DNA of 64,000 nucleotides from Lama guanicoe (Eukaryota): positions 14,852,974-14,916,973 of the forward strand of contig MU054187.1 of assembly GCA_013239625.1 (NCBI GenBank), given 5' to 3'. How positions within the stretch are numbered: position 1 is the first letter of the stretch; every line of letters starts with the position of its first letter. Below, in pieces: positions 26,201-38,442 of this stretch. Below the pieces are notes generated by a model. That model searched no databases and was not told where the DNA came from. It saw only the letters and a program-made list of their open reading frames with translations. The translations under genes were made by a program, and so were the position numbers.

Positions 26201-27932
26201 CATTTCTTACATGAGACTTGTGCCCGTCTCCTAAGACCAGGTTTTCAGGCATAATGGTTCAGATTTATCTACAGAGCTTCTGATGATATTTGAAATCTGT
26301 TGAGGTCAAAGCATTTACTAGAACAGTGGAAGCATATTCCAGCACCACCTTTCAGATTACAAAAAAAAAAATTCCTAGCTTTATTATAAATACTGCCTGG
26401 ATAAGGGAATAAATGTACTTCCAAAGCAGTGGCTCTGTATTTGCTGCCTAGCAGAGGCACCTGGGGTGCGAGTCCCAGAGACTTCAGTAAGTAGGCGTCG
26501 AAGCCTAGAAATCCTGATGGTTAACAGTTGCTCCAGGTAACGCTGGTGTACCCAGTACAGACACTGAACAGCATGCCAGAAAGCATGCTGCCTAGAGGCA
26601 GACAGAACTCCAGCCCTGCCCAGCTGTGTCCAGTGGGAAATGGTTCCACCATGGCGGAATCAGCGGGGGACTGGCCAGTTAAATGAAGACAGATTTTCCA
26701 GGGGAAGATGAAGTGCTTTTTAAACAAGATATTTAATATAATGCAGAGGACAGAAGTTTTTCCTGGACAACTTTCCTGGAAGGCACACGTTGTGCCTGCT
26801 ACTTGTTCTGTGTAGTAACGCGTGTCAGCACCGCAATGCCAGCAGCAGAGGCTTGATGCGATGCAGCAGTTCATTAAAAAGGCGAGTCAGGATGTTGCCA
26901 GGGAGGGAAACTATGACAAGTGTTGATAGTTGTTGCAGTCAGCATTTTTCGCTGTTTTTATAGATGGTATTTATGAATCCTAAGGGAATTTTCTTCCCCT
27001 CTGGGGATTCATATTGGGAAGAAGTCAGATACAGGTCACCTGCTCACTGACATGCCACACAACACGGAACAACAACATTCAGCACATGTCATCCACCCAC
27101 ACGGAAAGGTTACTCGTTCCATTTGGCACGAAGGCTCTGAACAGAGACGGCAGACGGTAACAGCCGGGTATCCAGTGAGTTCTTTATAGGTGAGCCTCAG
27201 TGACGTGGCTGGGCCCAGAAGGAACACCAGGGAGACACCCCAGGACGAATGTCTACAAGGGCAGTGCTGCTAGCAAATGCCTTGTAGCAATACCAGAAGT
27301 CATTACATAGAAATTAGATATTTTTGAGGGAGACTGCCAATCAGTAAAAGAGGACCAGACTGAAAGATTAAAAAAAAAATACTCTAATTGCAGGATCACT
27401 TTCATATGCTATGTGGAAAGAATGCCACTATCCTGTAGGACTTTAGAGTCCTGTCTGTAATAATACTGCAACTTCTGTGAACACAGCCATAGCACTCTCG
27501 TCTGCAAGCCACGGGGATGGCCACCCAGAGCACTACCCACGGCAGCCGTTCAATCCACATGTGTGCGGAACTGAATCCACCGGAATAAGTAAGTGGTAAG
27601 GATAACCGGCAAACCTATGAATTACTAATTTCATGTCAACTGGTGGATTATTCCATTTCCCTTTTTCTATGAAAAAAGTTTACTCAGAATTTTGGGTTTG
27701 GAAAGTGAGTTTAGAAAATCATCTATTGACAGGATGCTTGTCTTTTCTTAATCAAAAATATTACATAGTAATGGTTAGCACAATTATATAATGAAAAGGA
27801 AAATATAAATTCTTATGGTGTCTAGTTCGTACCAGAAGTGTAAGCTTAGTCATCTACCAACTCAAACCTATATACTAAGACTTCAAGTAATCAACATACT
27901 GTGTGTGGACATACATGCTGTTACACACTGAG

Positions 27933-28298
27933 TGTATGGTGCTGGCGGGGTGGGATCACATTCATGTGCTGAAGCCCCAACCCCAAGGTGATGTTATTTG
28001 CAGGTGAGGGCTTTGGGAGATGATTTACATTAGTTCATGATGGGCTTAATGCTCTTACAAAAAGAGGAAGAGACACGAGAATTCTCACTCTTCAGGTACA
28101 TGCACTGGGGAGATACCATGTGAGAACACGGTGAGACAGCCATCTGTGAGCCAGAAAGATGGTCGTGACCAGAACCCTACCATGCTGGCACCCTGATCTT
28201 GGGACTTCCAGCCTTCAGAACTGGGAGAAATAAGCAGCTACTGTGTAAGCCAACCAGTTTAAAGTACTTTGTTATAGCAGCCAGTGCTGACTAATACA
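27933..28298 (+). mobile_element. MaLR (MLT1-type) solo LTR
   Basis: catgctggcaccctgatcttgggacttccagccttcagaactgggagaaataa...ttgttatagcagcc...gactaataca. Confidence 0.85.
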
Positions 28299-31256
28299 CA
28301 CATACTTTGACACAGGAAGACAAGCTTGTTGGGGGGGTGGTTGTCTCCCCAGAGGGCTCCAAGTGATACACTTACCACATTCTCAGTCTTTTTAAACCCA
28401 TGGACCAGTCATCCCCACAACTGATAAGTAGCACTTAGAATTAAAAACAAAAGCATCTCAATGGAAAGGAAACTCAGAACAGTGGAGCAAAGAGCCATAC
28501 ATAGGTTTCCCAATCCTCTTCCCCCTACGTCCCACTCCCCCTACCTCCTTAGTGATCATCCAGTCTCACCTCAGCCTCCCTGGCTCAGACACCCAATTTC
28601 ATCAGCACTCTGAAGCACAGCCATCCCTCGGGGCAGACGCACATCACCCACACTCACAAGACTGATGTATGACACCAGAAGGCAAGTCATTGGCTTACAA
28701 TGGGCAATGTAAATGTCACCGAGGCCAGAGACTTGCCCTGATACCACCACTGCATGCTTTCCCAGCTGGCAGACCTCCACGAGGAGCTCAACCAAAATTA
28801 GAAGGTTACTGGTGAACGTGGAATCGGGACAGGAGCACGAGATGAATCAAGTATCTGATGGCATCGGGCTGAGCAAGCCTGATGAGTCCATTGCCTCAGG
28901 CGGGTGATCCTGCCAATAAAGCCATACACGGCTGGCTACGGCTCTCTGCATCCTTCTCCATAACAGAAATGCCCTTGCCAGCGCAACTGCACCACTCCAA
29001 GGTTTTGGCCATGGCTTCTCCCTCCTCTGCAGAGTGGGTGGATGGGCACTGCCAAGTTTTGCGTCTGTGACTTTCTTCTATACTGCTTTGGGTGACCAAG
29101 TCTTCAGAAGTTTTAATACACTCAATCAGGTCACAAGGATATCTTGCTGTACTACAGCTTTGCTGTCACTTATGATCACTTACTGCACCTTGGTGCAGTC
29201 TCATGGGCTCATTTTAAAGTTTAACTAAGAATATTTCCTGGTGGACGACGCACTGTGTCACTCATACTCTTGGCAATTCAGGTTTCGGTGTACGTATACA
29301 GTTATCTACGTGCATTCACATATATGCATTTGCTTTTTATTATGTCAGAACTCGGCCCTTTGACTGATAAAGCCATCACACATGGCTATATTTTTCCCCT
29401 TTGTAGTATTCTACAGTTCAATTAAAAACTGTTTTGAACCAAAAGTGTAAGACTGAACTAAGATGGTAAATATCTGAAAATACTGCCAACTCCGGAACAG
29501 AGATAACTTATACTTAGAGCACTTTCATGGTAAGCTGTGACAGACATCCCTTTCCCCAGGATTAACAACTTCTATGCACGGCACATCCATTACAAACAAA
29601 GGCAACATTGATATCTGAGATATGTAAATTAAACGAGCAGCCTGACTCAGAAAAAGTACTTGAAAGCCCTTTTAGAAATGTCTCTCTGATTTGATCACCC
29701 TGTAAATGCAGAGTGGAAAGCATGAGTTATGCTCCCTTGAGAAGATCAATAATACTCTGTACAGAAAGGGCTTTCTATACTGTTGCTGAAGGAAGTGTTG
29801 GCTGTGGGTCAAAGGGGACTGCAGCCGTCCCTCTTAGCTCTTGTCTCAAATAGACCCCTTGTCATCTCCTGCAACTGTGATGTATTCATTACAGATGGAC
29901 AACTTGCTTATGTAAAACTGTCTTAGCTAGGAAAGGGTGGGATTACATTTTCCCACAATACTTTCCCCCTCTCAAATACTTTCGCACCATAAAAGGCTTT
30001 TAAAACCATTTAGTCTGGAAAATTGAGATGACCTCCCATATCATTTACCTCTCGTTAACACCTAATGGAAATCTCCCGGGGGACCCTATATCCCAACAGA
30101 AAATTAACAACAGAATCAAGGAAATACGATCTGCAGACAATAGTAAGTTTGTTTGCTTCCAAATCAGCTCTGGCCCAGGGCTGCTCGGTGAAGCTGCGCA
30201 CTGTCTCCTGACCACTGAGCTGCCCCCAGCGGCAGTGCTACTGAGGAGACATCCCTCCCCCCTGGCTGAACCCTCTCCCCAGCTCTCACCCCCTAGAACA
30301 GGTAGTTGCCCTAGACTTACGTCCAGGGAAGCATGAGTTTCCAGGAGACCGTTTATTTCTACTGCAAAAAATGGAAATTTCCCCTTTCCTGAGAAAATAC
30401 ACGTATGTAGTCAATGATTTAATCCCTCCTAGAGGTTTAAAAGAGAGATGTGCGCGCCCGCGCACACACACACACAACCCACCATTCATCACGCTGGTTA
30501 CCTCCCTTGAACTATCAGAGAAGTCACTCTGTGACAACTCAGCAACCAGACTGGGCCCCTCCCCAGACACTCATAAAACTGAGTCTTGTTAACATGACCT
30601 TTTACTGTCTTCATTCTCTGCAGGAAAGACAACAACAAAAAAACCGAACAACCCGTATCATTTCCTTCTCATTCTCCCATCCTTTATCTCACCAAGTTTC
30701 TAGCTTTTACACGGATTCTTGCTCTTCTGTTCACCTTGACTTTCCCTATTCATGTAGTCACACTAATGCCCAAATATACCTCCATCATTAGAACCCAACA
30801 GGTATTGGATACATACGTCATGCAGGGAGCTGGTTATCCAGCTTGATTTAATAGAAACCAATGTGGGAAAACTCTTTACCAAGAAAATGTAAATTTCTAT
30901 ATTTATAAATTTAGAACATTTCTTTTGGCCTCTGCCTAAAAATCTGTTGATCCCTCAATCAATGGGAAGATACTGTTTCTAAAACAACAGAGAAACATAC
31001 ATAAAAAAGTAGGGACTGCCATTTCATTATAGAGAGGGATGGAAACAGTCTACTAGGAAACCACTAAAAAGTGAGTTAAATATTTAAACCTACTGTAAAT
31101 ATTTGTTGCTGTTTTATAACATTGGAGAGGCAGATGATCTGGACTGATTTTGTGTGTATGTGGTTGTTACTTTCATTTCTTTTATCATGACATACATTTT
31201 GGATCTGTGCAGGCTCACCTGTCGTTTAAGTGGTATATACTTCTTTACATCCTAAC

Positions 31257-31688
31257 CGAGACAGGAGGAAAGAGGCAGGGCATAGCCACTGAAGGAATAA
31301 CAAGGCAACTGAGGACAGGACAAACTGGTTAGAACCAAGACTCAACTTCCAGTAGACCTTGAGCCTCATGGCACACCCACAGGCACCAGGACAGCTCCTG
31401 GGCTGACCATAAACAGTCCAAAAGTGGGCGAGGAGGCCCAGTTCCTGGAAATCCCTGACCCTTCTGCAACACAGCTGGAGTAATCCTTATACTCATTAGC
31501 GTATGAACTTACCCAGCCCCTAAAAACAAACAGCCCTGCACCTGTGGTCGCTTGCTCTCTTGCCTCCTGAGACCCCCGCACTCTGTCTATGGAGTGTGTT
31601 CTCTCTCAAAATAAACTTGCTTCCACTTTGCTGTGCCTCACTCCTGAATTCTCTCCTTTTCAAGCCAAGAACCTACTCTCCGGCAACA
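31257..31688 (+). mobile_element. ERV (class I-like) solo LTR, ~430 bp
   Basis: Ends (c)GAGACAGG ... GGCAACA with near-identical 4-bp flanks (TAAC/CAAC). TATA-like TAAAAAC at 31521, AATAAA at 31610-31615, U5-like tgaattct...aagccaagaacc. Confidence 0.8.
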
Positions 31689-31934
31689 CAACCACATCCC
31701 TTTGAGGTATATTTAAAGGAAGGTCAGAGCACTAATTGGCTCTTCTTTTACTGCTAATGGGGTTGTTTACAGGTGCCTCTGATTTTGAGGTATTTGTTTT
31801 AGCATCTACAATGGTTCCCCGACACTCTTAATATGATTTCTGAGATACTTCTTTTAGATTCTCGTCTCCTTTACTGCTATCAGCTGAAAGTTGCTGCTGT
31901 GGTCACTGGCTGAGGGGTGGGAGGGAGGGAGATT

Positions 31935-32019
31935 NNNNNNNNNNNNNNNNNNNNNNNNNNNNNNNNNNNNNNNNNNNNNNNNNNNNNNNNNNNNNNNNNN
32001 NNNNNNNNNNNNNNNNNNN
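31935..32019. other. Assembly gap (85 N)
   Basis: Run of N flanked by G-rich sequence. Confidence 1.
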
Positions 32020-32218
32020 TGGGGGGAGTAGGGGGAGGTGGGAAGGGAAAGAAGGTCACTGGGGAACCACCCAAATCTCACTTCAGATGTGATGACTCCA
32101 TGCTCCCACTTGTTTTGTAGTGTTCCTGAAATTCACCAGGCACAGGCCTTGGGGTTAAACCCAAGCGGAAACCGGAGGCAACGCTCCCACCTCCCCCATC
32201 ACAGGACCACGGTCCTAC

Positions 32219-32337
32219 CTGGCTGGTAGAAGTCAGGCGACAGCTCCCGGGCCACGGCTCTCGCGATGTCGCACTCCTGGCGGGCCGCCAGCGCAGCCTG
32301 GTCGGCGGCGTCGGCCTTGGCTCTGGCGTGCGCGGTC
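32219..32337 (-). CDS. JPH1: Junctophilin-1 internal coding exon (exon 3 by human numbering; alpha-helical region), 119 nt
   Basis: Translates (R)TAHARAKADAADQAALAARQECDIARAVARELSPDFYQP(G), recognisable JPH1 sequence. Acceptor CAG at 32340-32338, donor GTAGGA at 32218. The final G joins GC of the next exon to give Gly. Confidence 0.97.
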
Positions 32338-32739
32338 CTGCTGGGGCACAAAGGGCGGTCAGCACGCGGGGCTCCCTCCGAATGACGCAGGCCCAGAGGG
32401 AGAAATGCTAATTGTGATCCTGGCCCCACACCTGCAGCAGGAAGTGTTACAGCCTCACAGCTGTGAGACATCAGTGATAATCACGCAGAGGAAACCACCT
32501 GTGAATTGCCTCAACCCTTCTCTCCAGGTTCATGAAAGTAAAAGTAAGTTCTGTGCAGCTTACTGCAAAGCCTGGTGTTCAAAACTTCGGATCAAATTCC
32601 CTGTTCACTTTGGTTGGCATTCCCCCCTGCCTACCACAACCATGGAGAGTAGAATTAGAGCCTGTGAATTAATACAGAGTTCATGGGTTTAATTCTTACG
32701 GTGGAATCAATACAAGAATTTGAATAAGAAAGCTCTGCC

Positions 32740-32910
32740 CACTGGTGTGCTGGTACAGTAGCTCTCTGGGGGAAACAGTAAAACTGATCTGTAGCACTGA
32801 CTGGTTTCCATGGTGTATATACACTCCCACCAAGGCCAATTCAAACTACCAGCGTGACACTGCAGAATGTGTCGCTGGGACGAGATGCCTGTGGTGGGCT
32901 CTCCCCAGCC
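32740..32910. mobile_element. Old hAT-type DNA transposon relic (MER63-like)
   Basis: cactggtgtgctgg terminus and tttccatggtgtatatacactcccaccaaggccaattcaaactacca. Confidence 0.5.
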
Positions 32911-33849
32911 TGCAGGGGCAGACCACTGGGTCTGCTCGGAGAATGTGCACAAGAGGGTTCCAAGGAGTCCACGGAGTTGCTCTGTAAGCACGTTTCTGTT
33001 GTGAAACAAAACGGAGGCAAGGCTGGAGAGGAGGAAATGGTTCTCTTCTCCCTGACCCCTCCTCACTCACTGAAACCGCCTATCTTTCTAGAGGACCAGG
33101 GCCGCGGAGAAAGCGGCAGGGTTAAGAATGGGGCTTCTCATGGCAAGACAGGGGAACCGATGTCCGTCTGCCCAAGGAGAGGGGATCTGGAGAGTAAGAC
33201 CCTGGGTCATCCACTTCCAAAGATCTTGTCCAGTTAGTATTTAGACGATGATCTTGGGCACCTATTTCTTGTAATTCTGTGAACTTTTTTATTTTCTTTT
33301 TGTACCACTAGGCAGAGCTACAGATAACTAGTAGTAAAAGCTTAAGAAAAATCTTAAAAGGTGCTGGCATAAATTTCAGAGTCAGCAGGAGAGGAAAAGG
33401 TGCAAAATGGCATCACACCGCAGCTGGACTCAGGAGAGAAAACCCAGGTGGCACCTAGAGGCGGCCAGCAGATGGGATTCCTGGGACCAGACTGCACAAA
33501 GGAAAAACGGGGAGGATGGGGTCTGGCCTGAGACCACAGCTAACTGGTAGGAGGCTCCATTCTCAAATTACATTCTCCAGCTACCTCCTCTCATCCTGTG
33601 CTCTCTGGGGCCCGCTTCACTCCTACTGAGGACCCAGCTGAGCCTGGCGGCTTAATGTACTGGAATGTGAACGTCATGGAGATTTTTTTTATTCTTGGGG
33701 TTTTTAACTTCTTATTCTCTACTGTATTCCCAAGGCAAAGGACACTGCCTGGCACATAATATTTGTTGAGGACCTACTTTATAAATAAAGGAATGAGTGA
33801 TACTTCCTTAGTCAACAGCTGTGTAGTTACTTAAAAATGAACAGACTGA

Positions 33850-34232
33850 CAAAACTAGAGAGAGAGACGACCAGTGATTGCCGAGGGTTTGGGGTGAAAG
33901 TGGTGAGGGACGAACAGGTGGCTCACCGGGGATACTTAGGGAAGCGAAACTATTCTGTACAGTCCTTCAATGGGGGGGATACGTGGCATCATACATTTGT
34001 CAAAACCCACTGAACTGTACAATGCAAAGAGTGAACCCTAATGTGAAGTATGGACTTCAGTTAATACCATTGTATCCACACTGGTTCACCAGTTGTACCA
34101 AATGTACCCACTGATGCAAGATGTTGGTAATGGGGGAAACTGTGTGTGGGGGCAGGGGAAGAGGTGTCCTGAGACTCTGTACTTCATGCTTAATTTACCA
34201 TAAACTTAAAACTGCACTAAAAAGTCTATTAA
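33850..34232 (+). mobile_element. Old L1 (L1MC-like) 3' UTR
   Basis: atacatttgtcaaaacccac...agagtgaaccctaatgt...tgatgcaagatgtt...aaaactgcactaaaaa. Confidence 0.85.
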
Positions 34233-35870
34233 TTAACAATGAATGAATCAAATTCCAATAGTCAAATTTGTTATTTCTGAATCATGGAGGATGTTTTAGA
34301 TGATCTGTCTATAGGGTATGGAGACAAAATCAAGAGGGTAAGAACATATTCCTAAAGACCCAGCTGTAGCAAGCCCCCCCAACCCCCTGCAGGGGGGCCA
34401 TCACTGATGGTGCTTTAGTCCCGTGTGTTGTACCTGCAACTCAATGGATGCCCTCCGTTATGTTCTTTCAGTTTCTCAGAATCTCAACTCTTTTTCCCAG
34501 AACTGTTTTCCACTTTACCTGCTATTCTTAGCTAGAGCCTAATTATGTCAGGGTACCATAATTAATGAAGCCACAAGAGAACAGTTATCTTGCCTTCTAA
34601 TAAGATCTGCTAGCCCTTCAATGATAAATTTACAAAACTCAAATACCATTTATTCTGACACCATCAGAACCCACCACCCCAGAGTCAAATAAAACGGTAG
34701 TAGGATTTCCACCACTTTTACAACATGCTCAACTGGAGAACAAAGACAGCTTGACCTTGCAAATGTATTTTGGAAGCACAGCATCAGTGAAGCCTTAACT
34801 CTTTGCTTTTTCACTTGTTCCTTCCTGTAAGACCATATAAGGGGGGGGGCACCTTTCTGTATAGATCCCTTCCCTGTGTTGATGCTCCTGTACGGCAGGC
34901 AAGATGAGTCCAAACCACATTCAAACCTGAAGCCTCCTGAAGGTGTCTGCTCAGGAGTCCTGGTCCTGACAACAGGGAGTAGAAGAGAACCCATCTGAGT
35001 TTGCTGTCACCATAAACTCTGTGCAGCGCAGCCACTGACACATCTTGATTTTGCCCAGGGGAAAATCTGGGCTTGATCCTGGCTCATGTTACTTGTGTGT
35101 TCAAATCCCAGACTTGGTTCTAGAGCAACACACGACCCCTTTCATCAGCCAACTGGTAAGACATGACACTGCTCATGAGTTGGGCGGATGGGGGCTCGGG
35201 CTAGGCGTTCTGGGGAGATTGGCGGAAACAACTAAGAGTGGATGCCCCGCTGCGGTGGCTGGTCACATGGAGGACCTACACCCGTGCAAGGAGCATGCGC
35301 GCCTGAGAAGCCTTTCATTTATTCAGAAGACTGCTGACTTCCATAATCTTCAGACCCTCATGAATCTCCAAATGCCATTATTATCATCTATACTTTCTCC
35401 CACAAAATGTAGCAAAAAATAGTGAAAAACAACATCTTTCAGTTAGGCACCAGCTGTCACTTTCTTTTAGGGTCCTATTTTTTTTTTTTAAACCCAAGTT
35501 TTGACTCGTAAGAGTTACTACACGTGGGTGAAGAGACGCAGGGAGACCCGGGTAGCTGGCAGAGCTCACCCAGCAGCCAGCGACGCCCTCCGGCAAAGAA
35601 GCCCCGCAAAGGTCACTCATGAGTAGTCGAAACAATGTGGAATTTCTGAATGTCAAGCATCACCTGTACTTAAGAACTTAATTACGACTTCTTTTTCCAA
35701 TCAGTAGTTTGATGAGAATCTGAGATTTTTTTTTCCTTAGCGACTAAAATAGTGTTTCATGAACTCTCAAGTCACCTTACTCAGAATGTAACAATCTGGC
35801 TTTCTCAATTTTTCTTAAACATAATAATGCTTTTACCAAAAAAGCATAAAAACAGTCCACTGAACATGCC

Positions 35871-37076
35871 CAGCATATACTCCTACTAAGGTGCATGCTG
35901 GCCCCTTAGATACCTGTCCCAACTTCTAACTTCTAATCTTTTATACACTTACTCACTCCCATAGCTGATAAAGATTTTAGTCTAGAGTAGACAGAAACTT
36001 TGCTAAAGGTAAGACTGTTTACAATATTTATAATTTTCTATTTCTACTTTTTAGACATTTTCTTCCCAACGATAAACTGCTTCAAGAAACATGCTAATTC
36101 TGATGTCTCAAAATTTGTTATATATTAAGTCAAAGTCAGTTTACTGATGTGACTCTGAAAATTGGATGGTAGAGGCTATCACCTAATTGGTTCAGGAGTT
36201 GGACATGTGATTTACTTTGACATCCAAGTATGCAAAAAAAAAAAATATTAGCAACATTTAAAAGTAATAGCAATTGTCCATAAGAATCCAAATCTCTGTC
36301 AATGGCAACCCCCTGCTTCCAGCTGCTGAAGCCGAAACACTTTGAGTCATCCTTGACCCCTCCCCTCTCTCTCACACGCCACATCCACGGGCAGCAAAGG
36401 CAGCTGGCACCACCTTCAAAATATACCTGCAACCCAAACACGTCCTGTTCTCATCACCACGCCTGCCCTGGTCACACCTCGTCACCTTTCATGGGGTTAC
36501 TGCAACAGAACTGACTGAACAGAACTGACCTGACCTCCCTGCTTTTATCCTAGCAAGATGACGATTCTATTTCCCTTTCGGTTCTCTTGAAATTGCCTGA
36601 CAATAACCAAAACTTCCCTGCGTTATGGCAGCATGTGTAAGAAAATGCAAAGAAAGACCTGTTAGCCTCCCTTTTGGAAGATGACACTATTCACTTATGA
36701 GAGACCTAGCTTTGCAAAACCCACTTATCTCGCGCATACAGTTGTAGCCCTTTTGGAGAAGAAATCAGTCTGTTAAGTGAGCACTATTCTTGGCAGGAAC
36801 AAGAACCAGGTAGCTCCCCAGGTCTCAGCAAGAAGCAAAGGCATGATTTCCAAGTCACTGTACCTGTAAGAAACCGGGTCTTTCAATACTGATTTGGTTC
36901 TCTGGTAAGACAAACTTGACAAGGCTCAGCATATATACCCCTCCTGCTTAGGTACGTGTGGGCCCCTGAGATGTCTCTCCCAGCTTCTAACTTTCCATCT
37001 TTTATACGTCTGTTCACCGCCATAGCTGACAAAGATTTTAATCTGCAACAGGCAGTGATTTGGTTTGGGAAGACTG
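35871..37076 (+). repeat. Diverged local direct duplication (copies 35871-36017 and 36927-37076)
   Basis: Collinear shared blocks cagcatata, ggcccct, cttctaactt, ccatagctga(t/c)aaagatttta, aagactg. Confidence 0.8.
36295..36560 (+). mobile_element. L2 fragment
   Basis: ccagctgctgaagccgaaacactttgagtcatccttgacccctccc...caccttcaaaatata...ttactgcaacag. Confidence 0.75.
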
Positions 37077-38442
37077 CTTCTTATGGGTCCAAGCTTTACA
37101 TTGATTAGTTCTTGAATGTTAATTTCCTTCCTAAGTTGCTGCTTTTGTTGTTTAGAAGACAGAACTTGGAATAGTAACTTCGAGACTGCACTCTTAGGTC
37201 CCGGCTAAAACAAGTTACATCATCAGCAAACAGTTGTCTTTTTTTTGCCAGGGCACTTCTTTGCTTCCTTTCCGAAAAGCGTGAGCAAGTTATCCAGGTA
37301 TAAAGTGTAAATTAAGGGGTATGGTATCCCCATGGAACTTCAGTATGTGCTCGTTCAAGGGCCCAGGCTCTTGCCGAGGTAGGATGATACACAGTCTGAA
37401 AGTACAGGTGGCCAGAGACCAGGCTGAGGCCAGTCTAGTCACAGGTGACCCCTGTCCCTGAGATCAGAATCCCGTCACTTTAGCTGTCTTAGAGATGCCT
37501 TCTTGGACTCATAATTACTAGCACACCCTTTGCTTTTTATCAGAGGGGAAGTAGGAGGAACCAGGACTCGTACAAAGAATGTTTACTTCCCTTTTATAAG
37601 TGCTGTCCATTGAAGATCTAGGTGATGCGTTCCTCTGTAAAGTTTAGTGCCAGGAAAAATTTGGCCTCGGATGATACACTAGTGTGCTTCCTTGCATCAT
37701 ACAATGAGACCTGCATTGTCTGCTGTCTCTATGTCACAGCTACCCGGAAAACGAGTAAATTACCCTCCATCTATGTGTGTGCTGATCCTCTAACGACATG
37801 GCTTTAACGTTCCCTGGTGTCAAGAATGCTATTATGTATGTGACTTATGATGCCCTGTAAAGCCTGTTTGGAAACTGGCAGGATATTGGGGGGAAAAAAA
37901 AAGGCCGCATCAATAAGCTCTTGTTACACTGAGTTTTCTGAACGTTAGCCCCTTGACAGTGTGTGATGCTTAGGGACGTATGTAACGTCCTGGGGACAGC
38001 AGAGATGACGACTGAGCATCTTTTATAGAATTTTTTTTTCCCTACATCCAGAACATTTTCAAGCTTGGAAAATAAGTCCTTTTTCTCAAGTACTTTACAG
38101 GCTTTATTCCCTAACATTTGGTCAAACTTAATAAGCTTAAAGGCTATGTTCTCCGGACAGGCCAGGTCAAAAGCACACTTCTAATCCTTGGCAGGAGTAC
38201 GCTAAATCATTGGCTACCTTCTACTTTATTCTGAATTTTATAAAATTTATCTAAAATTTAACTTCTTATGTAATTTATGCATTGAGAACTATCTGACATA
38301 AAAAACAAATTTAAGGGATGTCTTATTCTTGAAATAATTTTTAGAGAAAAGGCCTTTTTAATCAGGGCTATTCTACAGTTCAAAAACGTGACCACTAAGT
38401 AAGATTAAAACTTTACTTTGAAATATAATCACCTGCAACTCA

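Noticed and set aside
28570..29230. Possible processed pseudogene or hidden exon (several short overlapping ORFs)
   Set aside because: No recognisable protein similarity, tail or TSD.
32078..32365. Overlapping alternative-frame ORF at exon 3
   Set aside because: A by-product of GC-rich exon sequence with few stop codons.
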